A stretch of DNA of 64,000 bases from Mayamaea pseudoterrestris (Eukaryota). Shown in pieces: positions 36,198-47,382 of this stretch (within the stretch, counting starts at the first letter, position 1; every line of letters begins with the position of its first letter). Both the position numbers and the translations under genes were made by a program. The DNA lies in assembly GCA_027923505.1 (NCBI GenBank), contig BROI01000033.1:62001-126000 (forward strand), in the 5' to 3' direction. Below the pieces are notes generated by a model. It saw only the letters and a list, made by a program, of their open reading frames with translations. It had not been told where the DNA came from and did not search any database.

Positions 36198-36625
36198 CGG
36201 TGACAACTTGTCACCAGTTTCAGCCAGCAGCTGCCATGCCTTTCAAATGCCCATACCTTGAGCCAGGTGTATGCCCAAATCATGCCAGTACGGTGCTAAC
36301 ATCCTTATTTCAGGTAAACAACAAGATAAGGTGACTGGCTGGTGTCTCAGTGGACTGCGATGTGATTGGTGATAACTTGTCACCAGCCAGCAGCTGCCAT
36401 GCCTTTCAAATGCCCATACCTTGAGCCATATGTATGCAGCAATCAAGCCAAAACGGTGCTAACATCCTTATTTCAGGTGTGCTACGAGATAAGATGAGTG
36501 GCTGCTGTCTCAGTGGACTGCAATGTGATTGGTGATAACTTGTCACCAGTCTCAGCCAGCAGCTGCCATGCCTTTCAAATGCTTATACCTTGAGCCATGT
36601 GTATGCCCAAATCAAGCCAGAATGG
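36198..36625 (+). repeat. satellite family A, forward, ~2.5 copies
   Basis: GGTGA(C/T)AACTTGTCACC at 36199, 36368, 36531; same variants as the 25825 array. Confidence 0.93.
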
Positions 36626-36729
36626 CGACTAGCAAGGCAAACCTCGGACAATTGAAGTGCTGTCAACCAGTATTATGGCAGGAAATATTAAATTACACTG
36701 CACGCAAGTAGCTAGTTTTAGAAAGATAA

Positions 36730-38352
36730 TTATCGCCCGGCAGCCAGCTTGTTGTAATTCTTCAAACCCATGATCTGTTGAAATCGTTCCACCATTAACT
36801 CTCGTGACAAGGAAGCAGCGCCTTGCTGATCTGATCTTATCCAATTACTAGCGGCTTGGTACAATGCACGCAGAGCCTTGCTTGTGCTCTCGGGTGAATC
36901 TGCATCGTCGACTGCTGTTCGAAATGCTTCGCATGCCTTGTCCCATTGCTTGCGACCCGCATAGCAGCATGCCAAGCTATATCTTGGTGCAAACGCACTA
37001 GGCATTGCGTCAAGTGCTTTTTGATAATATTGTATTTCCTCATCCTTGCCTTCGTACAGCACGCCAAGGTTGCAGTACGCAGTCGACAGTGCCGTGGATT
37101 TGGCGCGCGGAATGTCAATCAGCTTTCTATAGTACTTCTCCTCCGATTGTCGATCCCCATGTGCACAGCAGACTTGCGCCATGGTGGAAAGCGCGTCAAC
37201 ATCATACGGGTCACCCTTTAAACAAATCTCCATGCACGACTTGGCCTTGTCGTAGAGTTGCTGCTCAATACATAGGCACCCCAGCGTGTAGGCGCATTCG
37301 CCACTGCTCGAATGAATGTGCTCCAGGCAATATTCCAATGTTTCGCGTGCCTTTGCCATCTCGCCGCGACGATCATATTCGTTTGCCAATAAATTGTAGG
37401 CAGCGTCGCAGGCTGGATTTATCACGACAGCTGCTTCCAGTGCTCGTAGTTGCTCATCCGCTGATGTTTTCGCGTCTGGCGTCAATAATTGTCGAACTAG
37501 TTCTGGTCGGTTTTGATGCATACAGAATCCTCCAATGATATACCGCGTCCCAGATTCGACGGCGTGTCCGCAGTGCTTGACACCACCAGGTCGAATCGTC
37601 ACTTGACCTGCCGCATTCATTTCCAACACACCGTCATTTTCCTCAAGTCCTTCAAACCAAGTACCTCCTCCGGTATATTCATCCCTGCTGTTCAGTGCAA
37701 TGGTGAAGGATATTGCTCCACTATCCGTGTGAACGTCGGTGCGTTGGCCAGTCTCGCGCGTATATTTAAAAAGGTAGGCATTATCAACACAAATATCATC
37801 GGGAGAAGCAAAAAAGTTGTCAAACTGTTGACTCAACAAAGGGAATAGCCGTTCTCTGCAAGTCTTGGTGAACCATTCATGCACGCTAGGAACACTCTTG
37901 ATGAAAAAGCCGGCGACTTGATATTGGCCCGAGCTTTGCAAAGGCCATTCGCCTCGAAAATGGTCCTCCGCCATGCGAATGACTTGATCGCATTCCTCCT
38001 TGCTCAACAATGAAATAGGATCCGTCACATGAATGTTTCGTTCCAGTTCGTCTGCGAAATCGGGCAAGCATCCTGGCCCTTGAATGGAATAAGTCTTGAG
38101 TGATGGTTGCTGTAAAAGTGAGGAGGAACTCGACCCACTGTTAGCCGAGTTGGTGGGGTAGTTTTGTAATGCTCGCTCAACGGCTCGTTTCTGTCGCTTC
38201 ATTGCCAGCGCCTTGGCGTCTTGTATTTGTTGGTCGTTGACATGAGCTAGAAATGGTGGTCGTAGATTGGTGGATTGATGTGCATTAGTCGCCGAATCAA
38301 CAACGGATAAGGCGACTATAAAAAGTCCATGTAAATAATTATGTGGTCTCAT
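36730..38352 (-). CDS. 2OG-Fe(II) dioxygenase (prolyl/lysyl-hydroxylase-like) fused to C-terminal TPR repeats
   Basis: Signal peptide-like N-terminus; LLSKEECDQVI, VHTDSG (HxD), YTGGGTWF, KHCGHAVESGTRYIIGGF; TPR motifs AYCNLGVLY, RYSLACCY. Confidence 0.85.
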   Translation of the reverse strand: MRPHNYLHGLFIVALSVVDSATNAHQSTNLRPPFLAHVNDQQIQDAKALAMKRQKRAVERALQNYPTNSANSGSSSSSLLQQPSLKTYSIQGPGCLPDFADELERNIHVTDPISLLSKEECDQVIRMAEDHFRGEWPLQSSGQYQVAGFFIKSVPSVHEWFTKTCRERLFPLLSQQFDNFFASPDDICVDNAYLFKYTRETGQRTDVHTDSGAISFTIALNSRDEYTGGGTWFEGLEENDGVLEMNAAGQVTIRPGGVKHCGHAVESGTRYIIGGFCMHQNRPELVRQLLTPDAKTSADEQLRALEAAVVINPACDAAYNLLANEYDRRGEMAKARETLEYCLEHIHSSSGECAYTLGCLCIEQQLYDKAKSCMEICLKGDPYDVDALSTMAQVCCAHGDRQSEEKYYRKLIDIPRAKSTALSTAYCNLGVLYEGKDEEIQYYQKALDAMPSAFAPRYSLACCYAGRKQWDKACEAFRTAVDDADSPESTSKALRALYQAASNWIRSDQQGAASLSRELMVERFQQIMGLKNYNKLAAGR

Positions 38353-38645
38353 GGTTCCGGATAGCAGGCTAAATTCTGTCACCGGCTTTGTTCACAAGCA
38401 ACGACAGCTCTGAATGAGACGGATGGATTGTTGTGATGTTGAAGTGCGCAATGGAACGAGTGACGCTGCGATGAGAAAAAGAACGCCAGAAACGTCAGTT
38501 TCCAGTTGCTCCAGCTACGAGTGTTTCAATTAGCGCCAATTACAGTTACAGTGCTGTTACTGATAACAACTGTACTGCATCTTCTGGAAATCTACTTAAA
38601 TAACTGATTATGAATAAACTAAAGTTTGGTTTGGCGGAAGAATAG

Positions 38646-40220
38646 TTACTGAAACGCCCCGCATCCAATATCGAATGAATGATATGCTGCACTCGAAAGC
38701 GAAGGTCCGGAAAGGCTGCTTGCAAAGCTTTGCGATTCGCCCAGCGTTTGCCACTTTCTCAGTGTTTCGTTGAAATTGACGTACACTTGATTTTCTCCCA
38801 GCTGACATGCCGGCTGCTGCTGGGTGAGCCCTGTACCGACTGATCCGTCAAAAAAGTCTCCAATTTCCGAATTGTCACTTTCGGTATCTTCAGAGTGGAC
38901 AATCCTTGGAGCGAGGTAAAACGAAGACTCATCCATAGAGGAAGAACAGTCGGTGGAGTCCCCTTCATCTGAAAGACTTGGCAGCTCAAGCGTCAATGTG
39001 TCGCTCGTCTGCGACGAGCTTAACGAGATGGTGGCTCTTTTTGGTGACGGTGTCTTTGGTACCACAGGAACAAGCACTGGAGAACAAGTTGAGACTGTCG
39101 TCTTTGGCACCTTAAAGTCACTATGATTTTTAGTTGCTTCAGGCGAAGGGCGCTTCGACGGGCGAGTCGACGCAGGCGCAGCAGCATTCACACCCTTGAG
39201 CTTTAAGCCAGCAAGTCCCCAGCATTGAATCGCATTCAACTTGGCATGCCACAGCGCCATTTCTCGGTTCGGCCGCGAAAGGTTGCGACTAATCTCTCTC
39301 AACTGCTCGGCCGGTAGTCCATTGTTGTCAACCACCGACTCGACCATCATTTTCTGTCCCATGAATCGGTTCTCGGCACTATAGTATCGTTCGCAGCCCG
39401 TGGCGCATTGATAAGGCTGAAGAGTCATGTCATTGATAAAGAGATCCGTGCCACTGCCGTGCTTTCGGACCGTTAGTATAGCCTGCTTCATGTCTTGGCG
39501 CTGCGAAACAATGTCGCGGCGACTGTACCAGCGAATTTCCTTGTCCAAACGTGACAGTTGTTCAATACTTTCGGTCAAGTGGTGAATGATAGGAGGTTCG
39601 GTATCGAAGCGTACGTTGCGTGGTGTAGGCGTGACTGGATGTATCAACACTTCGTCTTCGTCAACGACGGACTCGTCCAGAATAGTGATGCGGCTCGAGA
39701 CGGGGCTTTCCAAGACGTTACTTGCTGCCCGCAAAAGTTCCGTTTCCATGGAAACCTCAGACGGCTCCAACATTGACGTTGCATTTGAAAATGTTTCTTC
39801 CGATAGAGTGCTGTTGGAAGTCGCAGTCGACGTGGATGCATCATCATAGTCGTCAAAGGAGGGGCATCCTCGAAAGACTGCAAACTTGAGCTTTGCCAGG
39901 AGACCCGATTGCTCGGCAGCTGAGAGGTCCGCAATAATGTCTTCACTGGAAAGCGAATCGTACGTGGAGCCGGTGCAGACACTCTTGTCCAATGCAGATG
40001 ACGAAAGGGAATGATCAGCATCAATTAGCTTGTCTTTTTTGTTGGATCCTTTCTTAAATTGACGTCTGTTGCGAGCAATGTAGAGTGCCTTGTCCGCGCG
40101 TGTCGGAACCGATGGAGGCCGAGGTATGGGTGAAATGCTTCTCGAAGGATGACTACTCTGTAAACTCGGCAGAGCAGGATAGGAAGGAAATAGTTGAATG
40201 GTGCTGCTCATGGTAGACAT
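38646..40220 (-). CDS. hypothetical Ser-rich protein resembling the diatom 'VxF...WY...CxxGxE' family
   Basis: ~525-aa ORF; RNVRF...IRWYSRRDI...CATGCERY arrangement. Confidence 0.6.
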   Translation of the reverse strand: MSTMSSTIQLFPSYPALPSLQSSHPSRSISPIPRPPSVPTRADKALYIARNRRQFKKGSNKKDKLIDADHSLSSSALDKSVCTGSTYDSLSSEDIIADLSAAEQSGLLAKLKFAVFRGCPSFDDYDDASTSTATSNSTLSEETFSNATSMLEPSEVSMETELLRAASNVLESPVSSRITILDESVVDEDEVLIHPVTPTPRNVRFDTEPPIIHHLTESIEQLSRLDKEIRWYSRRDIVSQRQDMKQAILTVRKHGSGTDLFINDMTLQPYQCATGCERYYSAENRFMGQKMMVESVVDNNGLPAEQLREISRNLSRPNREMALWHAKLNAIQCWGLAGLKLKGVNAAAPASTRPSKRPSPEATKNHSDFKVPKTTVSTCSPVLVPVVPKTPSPKRATISLSSSQTSDTLTLELPSLSDEGDSTDCSSSMDESSFYLAPRIVHSEDTESDNSEIGDFFDGSVGTGLTQQQPACQLGENQVYVNFNETLRKWQTLGESQSFASSLSGPSLSSAAYHSFDIGCGAFQ

Positions 40221-40551
40221 GGCGATGGTACTTGTAGTTGTATAAGTCAAAGTGTCAGTTCTCAAATGCTTGCAGTTGCGTCGTTGCGTCGAGATCTAGT
40301 ACTGCACGGCTGCACGACCTGAAAATACGAGCTGCCCGTTTCGCGAATCTTTTCCGTCTTTGTAGATACATGCTAGATGCTGGTGTTTCCGTAGATTGGC
40401 CAAACCTAGTGAACAAAGTTGTTCGTTGGCAACTGCGACCAATTTTGTCGAGCGAAAATTCGGGCATCGGAATTTCGAAATCTAGTTTAATCGAACCGGT
40501 AAGGAATCCGACGAAGCGCTCACTCGTTTCAGTTTCATACTAACAGTAAAC

Positions 40552-40701
40552 CCTTTAGGCTTCGTTTTCACTGGCACCCGTTTCACACATATGCCTTTAG
40601 GCTTCGTTTTCACTCATAAGCCTTTAGGCTTCGTTGTCACTGGCACTCGTTTCACACATAAGCCTTTAGGCTTCGTTTTCACTGGCACTCGTTTCATACT
40701 A
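40552..40701 (+). repeat. 42-bp minisatellite, ~3.6 copies (one internally deleted)
   Basis: CCTTTAGGCTTCGTT(T/G)TCACT at 40552, 40594, 40621, 40663. Confidence 0.9.
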
Positions 40702-41049
40702 TTGCCTGCTCAGATGGGTCTCGTGCACGTTTTGCGCATGGCAGATCTTGCGCTGCTGGTGGTTGCATACTGCTACTGCATCTCATCCGTCGTTACTTTG
40801 CCATCAGCCCCTCTACGTTGCCTCATTGCAGTCTGATTTTGCAACTGAAGACTCTTTAGAATGCCGCCGCCTCCGCCGCCGTCCAAGTCGTACCTGTGGA
40901 AGTTTGATGCTACGACTCCGAAAACATCACACTGGTTATGACTCGCATCCAGACGTTCGACAAAATCAGAGGCGCTGTGGAGGTTTACCCAGACGCAATC
41001 CATCGTTTGAAGTAGAATCAAGACAATACAGAATTAATCAGTAAACACG

Positions 41050-42357
41050 ATGAGACGATTTGCGAGAAAATTATTGGACGCTTGTGCTTTGAATCCATCG
41101 AGAGTGCCAGCTTCCAATCACGGCCTTCGATGCTTTGCCTCGTCGTCAAGAAAAGCACCTGCAATGCGTCCCTCGCAGAAGCAACCTCTATCACAAGACC
41201 CTCGCATTCAAGCACGTCCTGCTGGCGAATCATCTGAAAAATTTGAATCAAAGTTTCCTTTTCCAGACAAGGAGAAGGAAATGGAACTCTCCAAGCTTCA
41301 GGTCCATGTCAACGACCTTTACAAGCATGGCAATTACGTCAAGGCGCTCTCCGAAGCCCAGCACTTGCTGACAGAGACTCGCAATCACTTTGGAGACTCT
41401 CATCCTGTCACTGCAGCAGCTTATAACAATGTCGGACTCTTTCACAAGCAATTGGGTCAATTCGACAAGGCACGCTTCGCCTATCAAGCCGCCATGAAGG
41501 TTTATCAGCAAACGGTGGGATCGGATCACCACTCGTACGCCTCCGCACTACACAACCTTGGAACGTTGAATCGGAGTCAAACGCATTTGGATGCCACATT
41601 GAAGGCAACGGATCGGCTGACATTGATGGACGAGTCGGCCCGCGTCTTGGAGCAAGCCTATCTAATTCGACGCGACGAACTGGGCGAGCAGCATCCGCAT
41701 ACGGTTGCCTCGCGATCCAGCTGGGGCGCCACGCTGGCGGCGCAGTTGCTGCAGTCCTACAAGCAAGTGGGTAGTGGTCAGTATGTAAATACGTCGTCGC
41801 GTAGCGCTCCCGCTCAACTTGCCTGGGAAGTTTGTGAGGAGCATTTGCAGCAAGCACTGGCCACGGCGATTGCTAATCCGCGAGGACCGAGCATTGCGAA
41901 AAGGTCAAAGGCGAAAGGAAAGCAGCAGCAAAAGAACAAGCAATCATTGGCAACTCGAGGCTCTGCCATTGAAACTCTATCCGCAGCATCTGCTGCGCAG
42001 AATCTTGCAGTCTTTATCAAAACAAGAGCCACCACCGAATCGGACGATGCCATGAAACAATCGCGACTGGAGGAGGCACACAAGCTATACACCGACTGCT
42101 TACGCGTGCGGACGCAGCTGCTGCCAAAGGATCATCCAGACGTTTATGCAACCATGTACAGCATGGCCGAGTTGCTTCAAGCCAAGGGTGATGAGGAAGC
42201 GGCGAATGCGATTCGGCAAGAGATTCTGGACACTTATGATCCTCCGGCGGCGGCGGAGGAAGCAGGAGCAAGTACAGAGAACTTGTCAACGGCGTTGAGC
42301 GACGACTTTCAGCAAGTGCATGATGTAGTTGCAAAGGAGAAACAGCAAGCGCCGTAG
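41050..42357 (+). CDS. TPR (kinesin-light-chain-like TPR_12) protein, probably mitochondrial
   Basis: Arg-rich leader; repeats HPVTAAAYNNVG, HHSYASALHNLG, HPHTVASRSSWG, HPDVYATMYSMA. Confidence 0.8.
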   Translation: MRRFARKLLDACALNPSRVPASNHGLRCFASSSRKAPAMRPSQKQPLSQDPRIQARPAGESSEKFESKFPFPDKEKEMELSKLQVHVNDLYKHGNYVKALSEAQHLLTETRNHFGDSHPVTAAAYNNVGLFHKQLGQFDKARFAYQAAMKVYQQTVGSDHHSYASALHNLGTLNRSQTHLDATLKATDRLTLMDESARVLEQAYLIRRDELGEQHPHTVASRSSWGATLAAQLLQSYKQVGSGQYVNTSSRSAPAQLAWEVCEEHLQQALATAIANPRGPSIAKRSKAKGKQQQKNKQSLATRGSAIETLSAASAAQNLAVFIKTRATTESDDAMKQSRLEEAHKLYTDCLRVRTQLLPKDHPDVYATMYSMAELLQAKGDEEAANAIRQEILDTYDPPAAAEEAGASTENLSTALSDDFQQVHDVVAKEKQQAP

Positions 42358-42467
42358 ATGACAAAAAGCTAATGCTGGAATGAACCAATTGCGTACACGA
42401 TTACAACAAACATAATTAGTCGTTGTGCTTCTTTCTCTACTAAATTCTTCACGCACAATAATTAACA

Positions 42468-45400
42468 CTACTTGGCAGTCACACCAAATACTCCTTCCAT
42501 GATTTTCTTGTACTCCAGTTGATGCACCTTCGTCAATCCCGTCGCCGGAGCCGCACTGACCGGTCGTCCCACATAGCGCGGACGCTTTTCGTCATCGTTC
42601 AAATCGCGCGATGCCGTCATGATGCGAGGGGTCACGTAGCTGTAGCAACCCATGTTCTTTGGTTCCTGTTGGGCCCAAATGACTTCGGCATTCTTGTACT
42701 TGGCGCAGTTGGCAGCAACGTGATCAAATGGAAACGGAGCAATCTGCTCCAAGCGGACGAGGGCAACATCTTTACGTTCCTGTGACTCACGCTCACCCAG
42801 CAGTTCATAGTAAATCTGTCCCGTGCAGAACACAAGCGTTTGAACCTGGTCTGGGTTGTCAACAATCTCGGGATCCGTCTCATCGTAAACGCGACGGAAC
42901 ATGGTTCCGGGCCCCATCTCCTCCAGCGACGAAACGCAGCGCTTGTTACGAAGCAAGTTCTTTGGCGACGCGACTATCAATGGCTTGCGGAAATCACGGT
43001 GAAGCTGACGACGAAGACAGTGGAAAAAGTTTGCCGGCGTCGTTATGTTGACGATTTGCCAATTGCAAAGCTGCACCTGCATGGACTCCTCACGTGCCAT
43101 CTTGGGAATGAAATGCTGGTCTTCTTCCGTGGCTTGCAAAAAGCGCTCAATGCGGCAAGACGAATGCTCTGCTCCCTGGCCATCGTAGCCGTGGGGTAGC
43201 AGCATGACAATGCCGCACTGACGCATCCACTTATCTTCACCCGCTGAAATGAACTGATCAATCATCACCTGCGCGCCGTTCACAAAGTCACCAAACTGCG
43301 CCTCCCAAATAACGAGCGCGTTTGGGTTTTCAAGACTGTAGCCTGTTTCGAAACCTAGTACTCCAAACTCGGACAGAATGGAGTTCCTAAATGTTGCTCC
43401 TGCCTGCGTATCAGTCTTGCCAGGCTCGGCCAAGGGTGCGCTGGGATCCATCTTTTGTCGCAAATAGTTTAACGGTGTGTATTCTGCTTCAGTATCCTGG
43501 TCCTTGACGACAGCGTGGCGATGACTAAATGTACCTCGCTGCACATCTTGTCCAGTGAGCCGCACGTGGTTACCTTCAATCAGAAGCGATCCGTACGCCA
43601 TTGCCTCGGCGGTGCCCCAATCAATTGCTTTGCCTTCCTGGGACATGTCGCGGCGGCTTTTAAAAATCTTCTCCATCTGACGATGGAGCTTGAAACCTTC
43701 CGGAACAGACCCCGCCTTGGTGCCAATTTCGCGCAATAGCTCAATGTCGACGCCTGTTTCGCGGATACGACTTCGCTGGGATGGTCCTTTGAATCCAGCC
43801 CAGTGATTGGCTAGCCAGTCATCCTCTTTCTTCTGGTAGGTCTTGCTGGCTTCAAAATCCTTTTCGTAGTTCGCCAGAACAAACTGCTTGATCTCATCAA
43901 GCTCTTCCTGCGTCATAGTACCATCCTGCAAAAGTCTGTTTTCAAATACTTTCACCGTTGACGGGTGCTTTGAAATCTCGCGATAAAGTATGGGCTGCGT
44001 AAAAGCGGGCTGATCCAGTTCATTATGTCCGTTGCGGCGATAGCAAATGACATGAACAATCACATCAGAACCCCATTCATGGCGCCACTCGACAGCCGTC
44101 TCCATGGCCGTCGACACCGAGAGTGGATCATCACCGTTGCAGTGAAAGATAGGACAGTTAAACGCCTTGCCAATGTCCGAAGAATATGGAGTGCTGCGAG
44201 AATGGATCGGGTTGGTCTGCGAGGGTGTACATGAAAACACAGGTCAGCTACTGCCACGGCTAAGAACAAACAGTTGAACACCACTCTCCAAGTTATTTCA
44301 CATAATGGCAAACCGGGAAACAGAGTCCTTCACGTCGTTTCACGTACCGTGAAGCCAATTTGATTGTCAACAATCACATGAATCGTTCCACCAACATCAA
44401 AGTCTTCCACTCCGGCCATTTGCATCGTCTCATAGACAATTCCCTGTCCTGCAATCGCCGCATCTCCATGCATCAAGAGCGGCACAACGTTGCGACGATC
44501 TTCCGCGCGGTTTCCGCAGTAATATTGCTTGGCGCGGGCCTTGCCAACGACGACAGGATTGACGCACTCCAAGTGACTCGGATTGGCCACGAGCGACAAG
44601 TGGACACGGCGGCCATCCGGATATGTCCGATCCATAGAAGAACCGAGGTGATACTTGACATCCGAGGAAATCGCATATTTATCCTGCTCCTTGACATGGT
44701 CCTCAACCTTGTAGTGCGAGCCTTGAAACTCGCTGAAGATGAGCGGCATTGGTTTTCGAATCACGTTCGCCAATACGTTCAATCGGCCGCGATGCGGCAT
44801 GCCAATCACAAAGGAATGCGCGCCAAGTTCACTGGCGCGATCAATCCCATCCTTGAGCCCCGGTACAATGGCTTCTCCACCATCCAAGCCAAATCGCTTA
44901 GTAGTGTTAAACTTGTTTGCTAAAAAGTTTTCAAACTGTGAAACGAGGGCGAGACACACAAACAATTAATAATGAGATGGGATTCAAGATTAGCATTACC
45001 TCTCCATTACTCATTGTCGTGCAACAAACAAGCAATAAATCTTGCATGCTTCATCTCACAGTCAAACAGCAACACGCACCGTATCGGCGAAGACCAATCG
45101 CTCAAAAATATGCATCTTCTTCTCCTTATCATATCGCGTCCACCGAGGATGTTCCACTCGCTCCCGAATCCAGTTCTTCTTATCAACTTCACCAATATGC
45201 ATGTATTCCACACCAAGCGTGCCGCAGTAAGTCTTGCGCAAGGCGTCGACAATTTTACGCAAGGTGACTTTCTCGGGCGACTGCGACAGCTCTTCGAGAA
45301 AGCCCTTGTTTCCACCCGACGAACGTCCCTTGAAGTGCAATCGCCGATCCAAATCAGCCTGCGTGAATCCATGATACTCAATGGTAAGTTCGGGTGGATA

Positions 45401-45889
45401 GCCATTCGTCCTGCTCAAATCCATGTAGGTGCACGGCCGCTTGGGAAAGGCGTCTCGATTGTAAACGCCCAGTGGATCCAAATTGGCGGCAAAGTGTCCA
45501 TTGACTTGGTAGGCTCGAATGAGATGCGATACAGCGAGCGAGTCGGATGGAGCTGCTAGTTCGTCGGTGGTTTTGAATGGTTTCATCGGCGAGAGTGCGG
45601 CAGATGGCGACGCGTAGTCGTTGGGATTGTATGGAACGTCGGCTGCTAAATTATCAAAGTAATTCTTCCACGATGAATGAACTAGAGAGGGATCTTGCTC
45701 GTATAATTCATACATTTGCTCTGCGTATACAGACGTTGTTCCAGTGAGAAAGGTTTCGGCAGTGGCTGGAGCCGTCGTTGACAAGCTGCGGACGAATGAC
45801 TTTTTGTTACTGCTATTGGAGAATGGCAAACTGCGGATGCGGCGGCCCGCACGTATGCTACGTGCCAAGAGCAGCGAAATAGAGCTCAT
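42468..45889 (-). CDS. OGDH: 2-oxoglutarate dehydrogenase E1, mitochondrial; introns 45079-44936 and 44347-44217
   Basis: LIRAYQVNGH, KRFGLDGGE, GMPHRGRLN, DVKYHLG, NPSHLE, HGDAAIAGQG (TPP motif), NQIGFT|TNP, GQDVQRGTFSHRH, WEAQFGDF, HGYDGQGAEHSS. Confidence 0.97.
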
Positions 45890-46101
45890 GCTGATTGTTG
45901 CTTATAAAGTATACAGTGCTTGTATAAACTATAGCAGCTCCAGAGGCAGCCGAATGAATTCGTGCTGCCACTAGATCTTCGCAGAAGGCGATGGATCCGC
46001 CGGCAGTTCAGCGATCATGAAAAGAACCCTTGTAATCGTAGCGGTACTAACGTGATGTTGCTCACTTTTTCTTCCGTCGCAACCATTCGACTCTTTTCAC
46101 C

Positions 46102-47121
46102 ATGGAGTTTTTCCATACGAAACGACCGTCAAAGCATGATGCAGCCTCTTCCAAACATGATAGTGAAAGTGACGATCACGATGATGACAATGACGACGAT
46201 GATGACCCATATTCACATTTAGTTAAATCAGTCCGCAGCGACACTGGTTTGGAAATTGGCGTGCATGTCAACTGGCCGCAGCTGGAGCAACCACTCTTAC
46301 TCTCCACCTGTCTACCGGAAGAAAACATTGCTCCCATTTTTCATGGATCGCAGTGGGCGGGAACGAGAGTCTGGCAGGCTTCCATGGTGGCGCTAGAGTA
46401 CTTGCTTTCTTTGAGTGTCACTCAAGATGGAATGATAATGGAGCAAGTGCAAGATGCAACAGAGCCACAAGGCAAAGATGGCGACTCGGTCGAGACGCCA
46501 TTCATTACCGCGGATACTTGCTTGCTGGAACTGGGAGCTGGTCTCGCGGCTCCCTCGCTCATACTTCGAGCATTGAGGCAGTGCACGATTGTCATGACGG
46601 ACGTGGAGTCGCTCGTTTCGCAGCTTCAAGAAAACATTGAAGCCAATAAAGCGTTGCTGCACTTGAATAAAGTTGATGACGATAATAAGTCGGAAGATGC
46701 ATATACGTGTAGTGACATGGCGATTCAAGCTTGCGAGCTGGATTGGTCTCGAGTTGGCGTACACGACATGTTGGCTCGACTGTCCGGCAGCCACAATAAA
46801 AACATTACAACAATCAATCCACCTGATCCACCACGCTTTGACGTCATTTTCAACTGCGACTGCCTCTTTGAACCTCTCTATGGCCCATCCAACAACTTGG
46901 TGGAATGCCAGGAAGCGCTACTGGAAGCGTTCCCGCAGTCACTCATGCTTACCGTCTGCGAGCGGCGGAACCATGACGGAATAGACAAGTACTTGACGGC
47001 GCTACGAGAGTCGCCGTTCGTAGAGCGAGTGGAGCAGATTCGACCAAAGACGTTTGAGTGTCCCATGGAGGTTGAGCTATACCGGATATATGGAATTGCA
47101 TCGTCTGGGTGTAAACAATAA
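46102..47121 (+). CDS. METTL21-like (Methyltransf_16) protein methyltransferase
   Basis: WAGTRVWQAS, LLELGAGLA (motif I), VMTD, ELDW, FDVIFNCDCLFEPLYG. Confidence 0.85.
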   Translation: MEFFHTKRPSKHDAASSKHDSESDDHDDDNDDDDDPYSHLVKSVRSDTGLEIGVHVNWPQLEQPLLLSTCLPEENIAPIFHGSQWAGTRVWQASMVALEYLLSLSVTQDGMIMEQVQDATEPQGKDGDSVETPFITADTCLLELGAGLAAPSLILRALRQCTIVMTDVESLVSQLQENIEANKALLHLNKVDDDNKSEDAYTCSDMAIQACELDWSRVGVHDMLARLSGSHNKNITTINPPDPPRFDVIFNCDCLFEPLYGPSNNLVECQEALLEAFPQSLMLTVCERRNHDGIDKYLTALRESPFVERVEQIRPKTFECPMEVELYRIYGIASSGCKQ

Positions 47122-47382
47122 TCAGTGACGTCGCGTCGCTATCGGCAGCATTTACTCGTCGCTGTCAGAGTGCTTCACATGTACGACTTGTGGAAAAAGG
47201 AGGGTTCATTGGCGACGCTCAAATCTAGATATACTCACTCTGTCGTTGGTACCATCGATTCATGCCATAAAAATGTAAACACCATCCTTCACACAAGACA
47301 GAAAGTAGCTACATATAATTACTGCTCAGTAGAACCGTGTGATGCATTTCTTTGCCAAGCGAAGATAAAGTACACATAAACG

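Noticed and set aside
36615..36640. Helitron 3' end (CTAG right after the last A unit; also CTAG near 62912)
   Set aside because: No subterminal GC-rich hairpin or matching 5' TC terminus identifiable; CTAG alone is expected by chance
25638..36711. Many similar short ORFs (e.g. MLCSVASISVSTTMCAM...) in the island
   Set aside because: Unit lengths 169 and 356 are not multiples of 3, with frequent stops and indels; by-products of the repeat
14620..45889. Metabolic gene cluster (lipoyl protein, PFK, OGDH E1)
   Set aside because: Genes are scattered over 30 kb among unrelated genes; no evidence of co-organisation
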